Source of the DNA: Bdellovibrionota bacterium
GTDB lineage: Bacteria; Bdellovibrionota_C; UBA2361; JAAYZI01
Assembly (NCBI GenBank): GCA_050950765.1
Contig: JBMNIF010000003.1
Span: 192,001 to 256,000 of the forward strand
Reading direction: 5' to 3'
DNA: 64,000 nt
In this document: positions 49,757 through 60,213 of the stretch, one piece after another
How positions within the stretch are numbered: the stretch's first letter is position 1
How the letters are laid out: the number at the start of each line of letters is the position of its first letter
Notes under the pieces: model-generated
Seen by the model: the letters and a program-made list of their open reading frames with translations, nothing else
The model's database searches: none
Told to the model about the DNA's origin: nothing
Position numbers and translations under genes: made by a program

Positions 49757-51715
49757 ATGGATAATTCTTTTGATAAAGCACACGATTTGATTCTTTTTTA
49801 TAGTCCAGAAAGTGCAATTGATCCTCACTTCACCACCCAATGCTATCTAGCAAAAACCCTTCAAGAACTGGGATATAAAGTTATAATGGCACGTTGCACA
49901 GGAGTTTTTTTCCGCTGCCCCGTTATGGATATGTTCAAGTTGGGTGATCCTCCTCAAAAAGAAGAAAGTTGCGCTATCTGCCGTTTCCAAAGTAAAAAAA
50001 TGCAGCTCAGCTACAACCTTCAATTTCTTGAGTTGGGTGATTTTGTTACTCCTGATATAATCAATATCCTTAATGAAAACACTTCAAAGATCGCCAACGA
50101 TCCTTTTAATTTTGAATTTGACGGCATTAAGTTCGGGAAACTTTGCTCATCAGATGTAGTCCTTGCAAAAAAGGAATATCAATTTGATGGAGAGTTACGC
50201 CAAGATATTCATGCAAGCTTTATATATTATATCAACAGCGCACTTTTAAGTTATCTCTTGGCGGATACCTTATTTAAAACATTACCAATAAAGCGCATCT
50301 TATATTTTAATGAATACTCCCTCTTTCACGCTGCCGGTCTAGCTGCTCAAAAAAATGGAATTTTAGTCAGTGCCGTAACCTTAGCTCCTCATCAAAACAA
50401 TGACCGCAGACAGATCGTTATAATGCACGATTTAATGCTTAGCGAGTTTCTTGAAAGAAACAAGATCTGGGATGACTGGCGCAATCTCCGTTTGTCAAAG
50501 GAACAAATTCAAGGTATCAGTCGTGATAGTCTGATGCGTTTCGGGTGTGGTGGAAATTGTACCTACTCTCCTTCAAAAACATTAGAAACAGGTGATATCC
50601 GTGCAAAATTCGGTATTCCCAAAGGGCGTAAACTCTTGGTTGCTTATACCAGCTCCTTTGATGAATTTTTTGCTACCTCTTATCACTTAGAAGGGGCAAA
50701 TTATGTGCGGAAGCCACGCTTTGAAACATTTAAAACTCAGATAGAGTGGCTACAAGCATTATTAGATCTCGTTTCAAGACGGGATGATCTATACCTGATA
50801 ATTCGGATTCATCCTAGGGAAGGATCAGGTGAAAGAAATGCTGCGGAATCTGCACACCTGCAACAACTACGTAAAGCATTCCCTGATACCTATCAAAATT
50901 GCCGTATTATCTGGCCAACAGAAAACACCTCAAGTTATGATTTAGGAGAACAAGCCGATCTCGTTCTGGTCAGTTGGAGCACTATCGGACTGGAGATGGC
51001 TCGTCTAGGAGTACCCACTCTAGCCATGACTCAAGAATACTGGGCATTTCCTAAAGATGACTTTCTCGAATATGCCAGCACACCAAAAGAATATTTTGAG
51101 AAGATAGGTCTCCTTTTAAAAGCTCCTCCTCTACTTAAAACTATCAAACACGCTTATCGCTGGTACTTTGCATACGCCTTAGCTAACGCTTTAGATTTTA
51201 GTGATGTTATCGAAAATAATAATTTTAGCGGCATACCACCTTTTAAATTGTCTGAATCAGCAAAAACATTAGAAGATGTTATCATCAATCACACCTCAAC
51301 AGATGATTTTAATTTACAAAAACAACGTACTCTACAAGCTACCGTTTCTAATGAAGAAGAGGAATCTGCCTTACGTTGCGAATGCCGCCGAATTATCCAT
51401 TTTCTATGCTGCGCTAAGCTTATAGAGGGAGATAATAAACTTCTACTAGTGCAGTGCTCTGATGATCTTTTTGAAGAGATAAGCGCTCAACACTTAACAG
51501 AGATTAACCCCCAGAAAATTAACATTATCTTGTATAACTCCACAGGACTTCTAAAGTATTTTAACAATGAAGAGCTTATTTTAAAAACATCCCCTATGGC
51601 TATTCGTTTAGCACTCCTCTCTGCTAACGATTTTATGCTTGCTACAAATAAGCAGGAACTTGCCGATAATTTAAAAAAAATAACAGATTCTATCTCTGCA
51701 AATGATGTCTTATAA
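49757..51715 (+). CDS. Capsule-synthesis-like (KpsS/LipB-type) protein, candidate nonulosonate transferase
   Basis: IIRIHPRE, SSYDL, SWSTIGLE motifs; N-terminal Cys cluster; located in the Pse cluster. Confidence 0.55.
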   Translation: MDNSFDKAHDLILFYSPESAIDPHFTTQCYLAKTLQELGYKVIMARCTGVFFRCPVMDMFKLGDPPQKEESCAICRFQSKKMQLSYNLQFLELGDFVTPDIINILNENTSKIANDPFNFEFDGIKFGKLCSSDVVLAKKEYQFDGELRQDIHASFIYYINSALLSYLLADTLFKTLPIKRILYFNEYSLFHAAGLAAQKNGILVSAVTLAPHQNNDRRQIVIMHDLMLSEFLERNKIWDDWRNLRLSKEQIQGISRDSLMRFGCGGNCTYSPSKTLETGDIRAKFGIPKGRKLLVAYTSSFDEFFATSYHLEGANYVRKPRFETFKTQIEWLQALLDLVSRRDDLYLIIRIHPREGSGERNAAESAHLQQLRKAFPDTYQNCRIIWPTENTSSYDLGEQADLVLVSWSTIGLEMARLGVPTLAMTQEYWAFPKDDFLEYASTPKEYFEKIGLLLKAPPLLKTIKHAYRWYFAYALANALDFSDVIENNNFSGIPPFKLSESAKTLEDVIINHTSTDDFNLQKQRTLQATVSNEEEESALRCECRRIIHFLCCAKLIEGDNKLLLVQCSDDLFEEISAQHLTEINPQKINIILYNSTGLLKYFNNEELILKTSPMAIRLALLSANDFMLATNKQELADNLKKITDSISANDVL

Positions 51716-51897
51716 AATTTACTACATTTTCACTGACATTATCAGGAAGTTCAAAAGTAAGTTGACCTCTATTTTGCCTCACTAGGCACGCCTCAAGTAT
51801 AGCAAAAAACGCTTCTTCCTCTGTAATTAAGGCTATCGTTTTGTTAAGATAAAACGTGCAGCTATCTTCCCTGCGCCAAAAACAGCAACCGAAAAAG

Positions 51898-52593
51898 TCA
51901 TCTTGCCCTTTCCATTAGAATCTTAAATTTCACTTCAGCCGTCTCCCAATCCTCTAGCGTATCAATATCTTGAACCTCAGAATCTGAAAGCACGATCGCT
52001 CTGGAGTTTTCACAAAAAAGGCGTTTATCACGCTCTAAGGCAGGCGCCCGCAAACAGTAAAACTGTCCGGCATCGTGATACTGCGCTTCTAAATCTTGAG
52101 ATCGGACATTGTAGTTTTCAGGATAAAGCATCTTTAGCTCCTGCCCTCTGATAACCAACGCACGCGCCGGAGGGTATGAAAACTTAACAACAGGAACTAC
52201 ACTATCTACATTCTCCGTTATAAGTAGCTGCATAGCGTCCCTCAATCTTGCCGCTTTAATAAACGGTGCACACGGATAAACACAACTAAGATAATCAAAA
52301 GATTGCCCCAACGCTTTATACTTCTCTAAACACTCCAGCAAAACAGGTACCGTCATAGCTAAATCGCTAGCAGTCTCTGCACTTCTAAAAAAGGGGACAT
52401 CTGCTCCATACTGTTTAGCGATCTCTGCTATCTCAGCGTCATCCGTAGAAACCATTACTTCATCAAAAACTTTACTTTCCAAAGCTGCTTCAATAGAAAA
52501 AGCTATAATAGGACGTCCTAGAAAAGGTTTAATGTTTTTACGCGGGATACGCTTACTTCCACCACGTGCTGGGATAATAGCGATACTTTTCAT
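51898..52593 (-). CDS. pseF: Pseudaminic acid cytidylyltransferase
   Basis: IIPARGGSKRIPRKNIK, VSTDD, RSQDL, HDAGQFY, QDIDT. Confidence 0.92.
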   Translation of the reverse strand: MKSIAIIPARGGSKRIPRKNIKPFLGRPIIAFSIEAALESKVFDEVMVSTDDAEIAEIAKQYGADVPFFRSAETASDLAMTVPVLLECLEKYKALGQSFDYLSCVYPCAPFIKAARLRDAMQLLITENVDSVVPVVKFSYPPARALVIRGQELKMLYPENYNVRSQDLEAQYHDAGQFYCLRAPALERDKRLFCENSRAIVLSDSEVQDIDTLEDWETAEVKFKILMERAR

Positions 52594-53606
52594 ACTAAAT
52601 CCTCTAACAATAAACGATCCCCGAAAAAAAGATCCCTCTTAACAACCTTTCCGATAACAGCAGCATAATAAGTAGGATCTGCCCCGTAGCCTGGACGAAT
52701 AACTTTAACATGATCGCAGGAAAGCCTCTCTCCAGCTTTAATATCTTTTACAATATATAAAGAACGTCGAAATCTAAGCGAAAGCTTCTCCTTAGCACTC
52801 ATCTCATAAGAAACACACCCCAAAGCATCAAAGGCTTTTCTTGCTTCCTGCACTAAAAGTTTCATTTAAGAAGGCTCTAAAGAAAATGCACTATCAACAC
52901 CCCCCTCAGACCTTGAAAGGGTAAAATGTTTCTCTATAACAGTTGCCCCCACCCCGATAGCAGCTAAAGCAACACCGATCCCTGTTGTATGATCGGAAAG
53001 CCCTATACGACAATCAGGGAACCGTTTCTTTAGATCTGATATAGTTAAGAGATTACTCTCTTTAGGATCTGCCGGATAAGTTGAAGTGCACTTAAGTAAA
53101 GTTAGATCCGTACACCCTGCTCTACGTAATCTCCCGACGCTCTCTTCTATCTGCTCCACTCCAAGCATCCCGAGTGAGATAATGATCGGCTTTTTTGTTG
53201 AAGCAACCTTTTCCAGTAAGGCAGGATAGGAGTTCTCAAAACTAGCTATCTTATAAAAGGGGCAATCTAACTCTTCTAAAAAATCCACCGCTTCTAAATC
53301 AAAGGGAGTGGAAAAAACAGGTAACTTCAATTTTTTGCAGTACTCAAAAATAGGACGATGCCACTCATACGGCGTAGCTGCTTTTTGATAAAGCGCATAG
53401 AGCGTCTCTCCACTCCAGAGGGAGTTTTCATCAGTCACAACAAAATCAGGCTTATCGCAATCAATGGTAAGACTGTCTGCCGTATAGGTCTGCAATTTAA
53501 GAGCAGAACAAGCACAAGTTGCCGCTGCTTCTGCAATTTTTAAAGCCCTTTCAAGAGAGGCATTGTGATTACCCGACATCTCAGCAACTATAAAAGGTCT
53601 ATTCAT
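52590..53606 (-). pseudogene. pseI: Pseudaminic acid synthase interrupted by one in-frame TAA
   Basis: AEMSGNHN, KLQTY, KIASFE, LKCTS, GLSDHT, EKHFT, LEPS*MKLL, then SAF domain FRRSLY..IRPGYG; stop at 52866-52868. Confidence 0.9.
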
Positions 53607-54252
53607 ACCGTTCAACCTTTAATTTATAGCGGTGCCCATCCAATTCAAAAAAAGCAGGATAGCGCGCATTATCAACTACTCGTAATAAATTAAACTGCTC
53701 ACGCAGAGTTTTATCAAGATTGAGTCTACTACATTCTGGCGTACGTCTCTCATAAAAAGATCCGTTACCGATCTGCTTTCGGGCAGAAGTTAAAATTTCA
53801 GGATAACGTTTCGTAAAATTTAAACACATCTCAAAGATCTTTTTCCCTAGAAGATCGCGCCACTCCTCAATTAGCTCATAGCCAGACAAGCGCACTATAT
53901 CTTGTAGATAGATATCACCGGAATCTACCCCCACTTGCGCCTCAAAAAGGGTTACAGGAATCTCATTTTTATCTTCTAAAATCTGCCAAGTCATGGGTGA
54001 CCAACCTTTACCATTTGGCAAAGCACTAGCATGAACCACCAAATTGTTTTTATGTAAAGCAAGCTTCTCCTGCTTAACGATCTCAAAACATCCTAAGAAA
54101 AAAGCGAGATCGCCCTCTCTCAACTGTTCTGCCTTGTTTAACAACTTAACTTCATGCCCGTCTTCTTCAAAACGATCTTTTAATTCTGAAAGATGCGCTA
54201 CCATCCAACTTGTTGAATCACTTAAAATATCTATCTTAAGTTTTTTACCCAC
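53599..54252 (-). CDS. Formyltransferase-family protein (sugar N-formyltransferase candidate)
   Basis: VVHASALPNGKGWSP, TLFEA, VDSGDIY, FNLLRVVDN.RYPAFF. Confidence 0.85.
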   Translation of the reverse strand: MGKKLKIDILSDSTSWMVAHLSELKDRFEEDGHEVKLLNKAEQLREGDLAFFLGCFEIVKQEKLALHKNNLVVHASALPNGKGWSPMTWQILEDKNEIPVTLFEAQVGVDSGDIYLQDIVRLSGYELIEEWRDLLGKKIFEMCLNFTKRYPEILTSARKQIGNGSFYERRTPECSRLNLDKTLREQFNLLRVVDNARYPAFFELDGHRYKLKVERYE

Positions 54253-55016
54253 GCCACATCCTCCACAAAATCATCCAAATTATCAGGAGCGCTATGCTCA
54301 GTTTCTATCGCCAGATCCACTTCAGGATCTATGATTTCAAAGATCTTTTTCAGATCGTAATCCCCCTTCCCAAAATGAAAATGTTCATCAACTTCATTCC
54401 AGACATAATTATCTGAAAGGTGATAACAGCGCGGCTGAAGTTTATTGAACTCAGCAACAAATTGATACGGATCGTTAAATATAATGCTCCCTTCAAAATC
54501 TCCCCTTTTTTTAAAGGTATTATAAGCACAGATAGCGTGCCCAATATCTAAGCAACAACCACATTGCAATTCAGACATAGCAAAAGAAAGCTCAGAGATA
54601 GAGGAGCCACGAAACCTCGAACTCTCGTTAAACTCCGTTTTACACGGTTTATTTTCAAGCAAAACATCTCTTAGCCCTGTTAATCTTAACTGCCTGATAG
54701 ACTCTTCTATCGTGCCATCCATACCTAAATGAACAATTGTATAAGGCACTAGAAGAGCCTCCGCAAAGAGTTTAACCTCTGCAAAAGCTTTTAGATTAAA
54801 GTTCAACTTTTCAGGATCTGCTAAATTAACACCATGACTGGAGTGTGGAGCGTGCAACCTGAAAGGGATCCCTGTTTCGCGCCACAATGATAACGTCTCT
54901 TTAGAATCCGGCACTACATATAACTCAATATAATCGAAAGCTCCCTTTTCATAGAGCTTAAGCGCTTCCGGTAGATAAAAATCAGTATTGATTGACCACA
55001 ATTTTAAACCAAGCAT
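54231..55016 (-). CDS. TIM-barrel metal-binding protein (AP endonuclease/xylose isomerase-like)
   Basis: LHAPH, IVH, LLENK, CLDIGHA, YHLSD, DEH, AIET. Confidence 0.8.
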   Translation of the reverse strand: MLGLKLWSINTDFYLPEALKLYEKGAFDYIELYVVPDSKETLSLWRETGIPFRLHAPHSSHGVNLADPEKLNFNLKAFAEVKLFAEALLVPYTIVHLGMDGTIEESIRQLRLTGLRDVLLENKPCKTEFNESSRFRGSSISELSFAMSELQCGCCLDIGHAICAYNTFKKRGDFEGSIIFNDPYQFVAEFNKLQPRCYHLSDNYVWNEVDEHFHFGKGDYDLKKIFEIIDPEVDLAIETEHSAPDNLDDFVEDVAWVKNLR

Positions 55017-55060
55017 TACAAAACCACCCTTTTCCCTTCTTACATTTTCTCCTAGTTCTT

Positions 55061-56161
55061 TTATAAAATCACCTTTATTCTTTTCACAATCTCTTTTAGA
55101 TCTTTATCTTTCAACGTTGGATAAAGAGGTAATGAAATAGTTTTACTATAATAAGTTTCAGTATTCTTATAATCAGTAGCGGAAAAGCCAAATTGAGCAT
55201 AATACGGCTGTTTATAAAGGGGAATATAGTGGATCTGTAAATTGAGCCCACTTTCTTTAGCTCTCTTATAAAAACGCCCCCGATCGGGTAACAAAATAGG
55301 ATAAAGGTGAAAACACGCCTTTGAAAAACTTTTTTCTTCCAGATGCGGCAACGCTAAGTTTTCATTATAAAAATCCACAATTTCACGACGTCTTTTTTTA
55401 AATTTTTCTATCTTTTTTAGTTGTGAAATGCCAAGCGCCGCTTGTACATCAGATAGACGATAATTAAAGCCTAATGCCCGCATCTCATAACGCCAATCGT
55501 TACTCATCTCTCCATCTTTATAAGTTCCGTGAGACCTTAAAGCGCATAACTTTAAATAGAGAGCTTCATCATTAGTTGTAATGGCACCCCCTTCTGCGGT
55601 TGTAATATTTTTCACAGGATGAAAAGAAAAAATTGTCATCGTTGAAAAACGGCAACTTCCAACCTTAGTTTCTTTGTAATCAGAACCGATAGCATGCGCA
55701 CCATCTTCTATCACAAAAAGATTATGTTTTTGTGCAATCTGATAGATCCTTTCCATATCGCAACTTTGTCCAGCAAAATGCACTGGGATAATTGCTCGAG
55801 TTTTGGGAGTGATCTGTTTCTCTATTTCAATAGGATCAATATTTGCTGTATCACTTTCGATATCTGCAAATTTAGGCGTAGCACCTATATACAAGATGCA
55901 ATTCGCACTTGCTAAAAACGTTAGCGGAGAAGTAATAACCTCATCTCCTGCTTTTAGATCCAAAGCCAACATAGCCAGATGTAACGCAGCCGTTCCCGAA
56001 GAAACAGCTACACAATATTTTGCAGTAGTATATTTACAAAGTGCCGCTTCAAACTCAGCAACTTTCGGTCCACACGTTAAAAAGTCTGAATGTAGTGTTT
56101 TTAATACTGCTAGATAGTCTGTAATTGACAAGGAGTGTTTTCCATAGTTGTACTGTTTCAT
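55061..56161 (-). CDS. pseC: UDP-4-amino-4,6-dideoxy-N-acetyl-beta-L-altrosamine transaminase
   Basis: SDFLTCGP, SSGTAALH, EDGAHA, FSFHPVKNITTAEGG, GFNYR. Confidence 0.92.
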   Translation of the reverse strand: MKQYNYGKHSLSITDYLAVLKTLHSDFLTCGPKVAEFEAALCKYTTAKYCVAVSSGTAALHLAMLALDLKAGDEVITSPLTFLASANCILYIGATPKFADIESDTANIDPIEIEKQITPKTRAIIPVHFAGQSCDMERIYQIAQKHNLFVIEDGAHAIGSDYKETKVGSCRFSTMTIFSFHPVKNITTAEGGAITTNDEALYLKLCALRSHGTYKDGEMSNDWRYEMRALGFNYRLSDVQAALGISQLKKIEKFKKRRREIVDFYNENLALPHLEEKSFSKACFHLYPILLPDRGRFYKRAKESGLNLQIHYIPLYKQPYYAQFGFSATDYKNTETYYSKTISLPLYPTLKDKDLKEIVKRIKVIL

Positions 56162-56214
56162 ACCGAAATTAACCTTTTTTATAAAAACTGTCCTGCCATT
56201 ATAATTATAAGAAC

Positions 56215-58356
56215 TTACAACTTAGGAAATATTATCTTTTTTCTCCCTACCTGCTTTTTCTTTTTTTTCTCCACAGTGTATAGTTTCTTCCATGAATTAT
56301 AGGTATTGATTACACTATTAACTTTACGCTTAATATTCTCCGGAACACGCTCCACTCGCTTTGCTCTATAAAGCTTAGCAAAATCATCTAGCCCCCAAAA
56401 GAACGCACTTAATACATAACGATCGTTATTATCAAAGATTCTACGCAACAAGGTGACGTAAGATACCATCAGACGTAAGGAGAACTCCGGATCTTTTAAG
56501 CCACCTTTTCCGGCCCAAGAAACACGGCTACGTTTTGCCATACGCTCCCCCTCAGCCTCTGTCAGTTGCAAAAGTCCAATCCTTTCAACAGGCTTTTTAG
56601 TATGCGCATACCAGTAAAAATTACTCTGCTCCTTAACTATTGCTGCAACCAATAATGAGTCCATATTGCCTCTAAAAGCACTCATTACTATATGGCGTGC
56701 AATTCTAGTAGCATCTTTTTCCTCCAACCCGTACATCTTTATAATATACGAGATACGCGCTACATCACTCTCAAAGGCAACAGGCTTTTCATTTTTCGGA
56801 AGAGTATTAGGACCCCACTCTTCATCAAAATTACTCTCAATACTATCTTCTTCGAAGATAGGAAGTTCTGGCTTTTCCAGTTCCTCTAAATATATAAGAT
56901 CTGCCGTCGGGTTTTCTATTTTTCGTTTTTCTGGAAGGGGTGTCTTTTTCTCCTCCACTAACTGTTTGTAACGTTCAAGGATTAGCTTCAACTGCTTCTG
57001 AAATTTAGCAGGAATCTCTTTTTTTGTTTTTATGGCTTGTAAGAATTCTCTTGGATCCCAGATGTATGATAAAATAGCGTAGCCCTTTTTGCTGCCGAAG
57101 ATCTTTGTTTGAAGAAACTCAAAATATGCAACCCCCATACTGAGATTGTAATCAGGATCTTTTAAAGCAGCCTCCCCCTTCCATTTTTTTTGACATATTT
57201 TTGCAATATAATCCCCCTTTTTAGGGCTAATCTGCATTAAACCTACTTTACCATCTTCAGAAACATACTGTGAATTAAACTTGCTTAGCACCTCAATTAA
57301 ACTTGAAATTAACAAGGGATCTGTCTGATTTGCAGTTGTATGTTTAAGTATTAACTTCACGAGATCGGCTTTATTTTCAACTAAATTGTTAGCTGGTAAT
57401 TGCTGCAACATCTTTTCTATTACATCTTTATCCGTTGGATAACGCCGCACGCTCTCAGAACTCTCTGTTTGCCTTACAGGAACAAACAACTTCATTGAAT
57501 CAGGGGTATCCTGTTTCCAATATTCGTACGTTTTTAAAACATCAGTGGCAAACTGCCATACTTTAGCAGGTACTTTTTCCTGTACATTAATGATACGTAA
57601 TTTTTCACCTTCCCCCCAATAAGAAGCCATAATCGCTAAGCGCATATCCTTGGCTGAAGAATTAAAGAGGTAGCGTAGCATCGCCAGACCTGTTTGTAGG
57701 TTATAATCAACATCAAAAAGCTTCTCTTCCCCAAGGTCTTTCAATCCTAAATTTTGTGAGAAGAACGAGAGCGCTTTGGGGTGAATCTGTAATAATCCGA
57801 TACGCCCTAACGGAGATTTGGAGTTTTTTCTAAAAGCACTAACGTGATTTATTAGAGCAGTAATAAAGATCGGATCGAATCTAGTTTGACGACCAGCTGC
57901 TACAATCTGCGTAGCAAGCTCTTTACTCTCTGTCACACCTATGTTTGAAAGTATTTTTTGTACTTTTTCTTCATGGATCTCTTGTGTCGTATTTATATCA
58001 TATCCGAAGGTAACTCTTTCCTGCATAGGGGGGGGTGACATCTGACCCTGCTTAGTAGCCCCGTTTTGTGCCGTAGCATTAGAACTCTCTTCTTTCTCCT
58101 GCTCCATTCTTTGAGCTACGGTTTCAGAGCTTTCGTCCAACTTATATCCTTCAATTTCAGCGATTGAAGATCCCGTTTCTTCTTGAACTGTTTTTTGAGG
58201 ACGATCCAGTAAGAGATAAGCTGCTATAAAAAGTAACCCCACCCCCAACAAGATCAATAAGATGAAAACTATCTTTTGAAAAAGACTACCGTTATGATGT
58301 CGCACATCAATCTTTCTTCTGGCATCTTGGAAGCGTTGTCTTTTATCTCGTGTCAT
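56215..58356 (-). CDS. Membrane-anchored protein with three tandem SLT-like transglycosylase domains
   Basis: One TM; three GL(L/M)Q motifs (IGLLQ, VGLMQ, IGLLQ), each followed by L.D..(Y/F)(N/S)L; the ES catalytic motif is replaced in all three. Confidence 0.8.
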   Translation of the reverse strand: MTRDKRQRFQDARRKIDVRHHNGSLFQKIVFILLILLGVGLLFIAAYLLLDRPQKTVQEETGSSIAEIEGYKLDESSETVAQRMEQEKEESSNATAQNGATKQGQMSPPPMQERVTFGYDINTTQEIHEEKVQKILSNIGVTESKELATQIVAAGRQTRFDPIFITALINHVSAFRKNSKSPLGRIGLLQIHPKALSFFSQNLGLKDLGEEKLFDVDYNLQTGLAMLRYLFNSSAKDMRLAIMASYWGEGEKLRIINVQEKVPAKVWQFATDVLKTYEYWKQDTPDSMKLFVPVRQTESSESVRRYPTDKDVIEKMLQQLPANNLVENKADLVKLILKHTTANQTDPLLISSLIEVLSKFNSQYVSEDGKVGLMQISPKKGDYIAKICQKKWKGEAALKDPDYNLSMGVAYFEFLQTKIFGSKKGYAILSYIWDPREFLQAIKTKKEIPAKFQKQLKLILERYKQLVEEKKTPLPEKRKIENPTADLIYLEELEKPELPIFEEDSIESNFDEEWGPNTLPKNEKPVAFESDVARISYIIKMYGLEEKDATRIARHIVMSAFRGNMDSLLVAAIVKEQSNFYWYAHTKKPVERIGLLQLTEAEGERMAKRSRVSWAGKGGLKDPEFSLRLMVSYVTLLRRIFDNNDRYVLSAFFWGLDDFAKLYRAKRVERVPENIKRKVNSVINTYNSWKKLYTVEKKKKKQVGRKKIIFPKL

Positions 58357-58663
58357 TATCTTTTACCGGCGCTATAATTAAAAAAATCAAAGTATTACTT
58401 ATATCTGATACTACTCCGAGCGATAGAAAAGCATCAAGCATAAGATTTTTATATATAAGTCGTGTCTTATCCGCATCTGCCTCAAGACAAAACAGAGTAA
58501 AATTTAAAAAAGAGGAGAAACAAAAAAAATTAAGGAATCCTCTCTTGTACTTAATCGGAACTCACGTTATTTAATTAATGGTTATTTCCGCTTTTATGAG
58601 ATCCCTACCCTTTCGGCCGGCTCAGGCGGAATATTTTATAACGATAGAAACTAGGGAGTAATT

Positions 58664-59641
58664 ATGGCTACTAGCTACAAAGAACTTGGGCTCGTAAATT
58701 CGCGCGAGCTTTTCGCAAAAGCTGTAAAAGGTGGATATGCCATTCCAGCTTATAATTTCAATAACTTAGAGCAACTACAAGCTATTATTCAAGCTTGTGC
58801 AGAAGTTGAAAGTCCTGTCATTTTGCAAGTTTCAAAGGGTGCTAGACAGTATGCCAACCAGATCCTTCTAAGATATCTGGCTAAAGGAGCTGTTGAGTAC
58901 GCCAAAGAGTTGGGGAATGGGAGGAATATCCCAATTGTGCTTCACCTTGATCACGGCGATTCTTTTGAGATCTGCAAAGACTGCATTGAATCAGGCTTCT
59001 CTTCAGTTATGATTGATGGTTCTGCCTTGCCGTATGACGAAAATATCGCACTTACAAAACAGGTTGTTGAATATGCTCATCAGTATGATGTAACGGTGGA
59101 GGGCGAGCTTGGCGTTTTAGCCGGTGTTGAAGATGATGTCGAAGCAGCTGCTCACGTCTACACACAGCCGGAACAGGTTGAAGATTTCACAAAGCGCACC
59201 GGTGTTGATAGTCTAGCTATCTCTATTGGAACTTCACACGGCGCTTATAAGTTTAAACCAGGCCAAAAAGCAGAGATCCGTTTGGATATTCTTAAGGAGA
59301 TTGAGAAAAGGATCCCTGGATTCCCAATTGTAATGCACGGCTCTTCTTCCGTACCTCCACAGTATGTAGCAACCATCAATCAATATGGTGGTGCCTTGCA
59401 AGACGCTGTTGGTATCAGTGAAGAGCAAATTCGTGAAGCAACCAAGAGCGCAGTTTGTAAAGTTAACATCGACTCCGACGGTCGTTTGGCGATGACGGCA
59501 GCTATCCGTAAGGTATTTGCCACAGAACCATCCAAGTTTGATCCTCGCCAATATCTCGGACCAGCACGTGAAGAGCTAAAAGCACTTTACAAACACAAAT
59601 GTATCAATGTACTCGGTTCAGCAGGTCATGCTTTCGATTAA
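58664..59641 (+). CDS. fba: Class II fructose-bisphosphate aldolase
   Basis: LHLDHG, SVMIDGS, VEGELG, GTSHGAYK, HGSS, KVNIDSD, FDPR. Confidence 0.97.
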   Translation: MATSYKELGLVNSRELFAKAVKGGYAIPAYNFNNLEQLQAIIQACAEVESPVILQVSKGARQYANQILLRYLAKGAVEYAKELGNGRNIPIVLHLDHGDSFEICKDCIESGFSSVMIDGSALPYDENIALTKQVVEYAHQYDVTVEGELGVLAGVEDDVEAAAHVYTQPEQVEDFTKRTGVDSLAISIGTSHGAYKFKPGQKAEIRLDILKEIEKRIPGFPIVMHGSSSVPPQYVATINQYGGALQDAVGISEEQIREATKSAVCKVNIDSDGRLAMTAAIRKVFATEPSKFDPRQYLGPAREELKALYKHKCINVLGSAGHAFD

Positions 59642-59669
59642 ACTTTAAAACAGTTAATTTGCTAAGATT

Positions 59670-59709
59670 AAACGGGCAATAAGTTATCTTGTTGCCCGTT
59701 TCTCTTTTT
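59670..59709 (+). terminator. Rho-independent terminator after fba
   Basis: AAACGGGCAA...TTGCCCGTTT followed by CTCTTTTT. Confidence 0.8.
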
Positions 59710-59789
59710 ATCTGTTACAATTAGAAGAGGTTTAGGTGTAACAAATAGAGAGAGTTTTATTTTTATCACTACACATCAGCGGCATCATT

Positions 59790-60080
59790 ATGAAAGGAAC
59801 TTCAAGAAAAACAGTTATCTTAAAAAGAGGGCTGCTGTTTATTATGCCTGCTCTTTTATTTACAAGTTGCGATCTTCGTAAAGACCTGCCACCTGATTAT
59901 GCCGTAAAAGTTTGTCTCCGTCGTGCAGATGCCAGTTATCCTGAACGCAATAGATCGACGCAGATAGCAAAGCTACACCTTATGGCGCAAAATGACTGTC
60001 TCAAGCAACAATCTTATTGCGACAGATCTCCTAGACACCCAAAGTGTATTAAATTTAAGAAAAAATATATCGGGAGATAA
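59790..60080 (+). CDS. Small Cys-containing lipoprotein
   Basis: Lipobox-like FTSC after a hydrophobic stretch; four further Cys. Confidence 0.6.
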   Translation: MKGTSRKTVILKRGLLFIMPALLFTSCDLRKDLPPDYAVKVCLRRADASYPERNRSTQIAKLHLMAQNDCLKQQSYCDRSPRHPKCIKFKKKYIGR

Positions 60081-60213
60081 TTTTTTCCTAAGAAATACCT
60101 GAAAGTTGTGTATGGCTAAATAAGCCTCCTTTTAAGACCTCTTTCAACAACTTTTATGCTTTCTTTAGCAGATTGACGCAAAACGTAAGCTTTAACTATT
60201 CGCCTAAAAAAAA

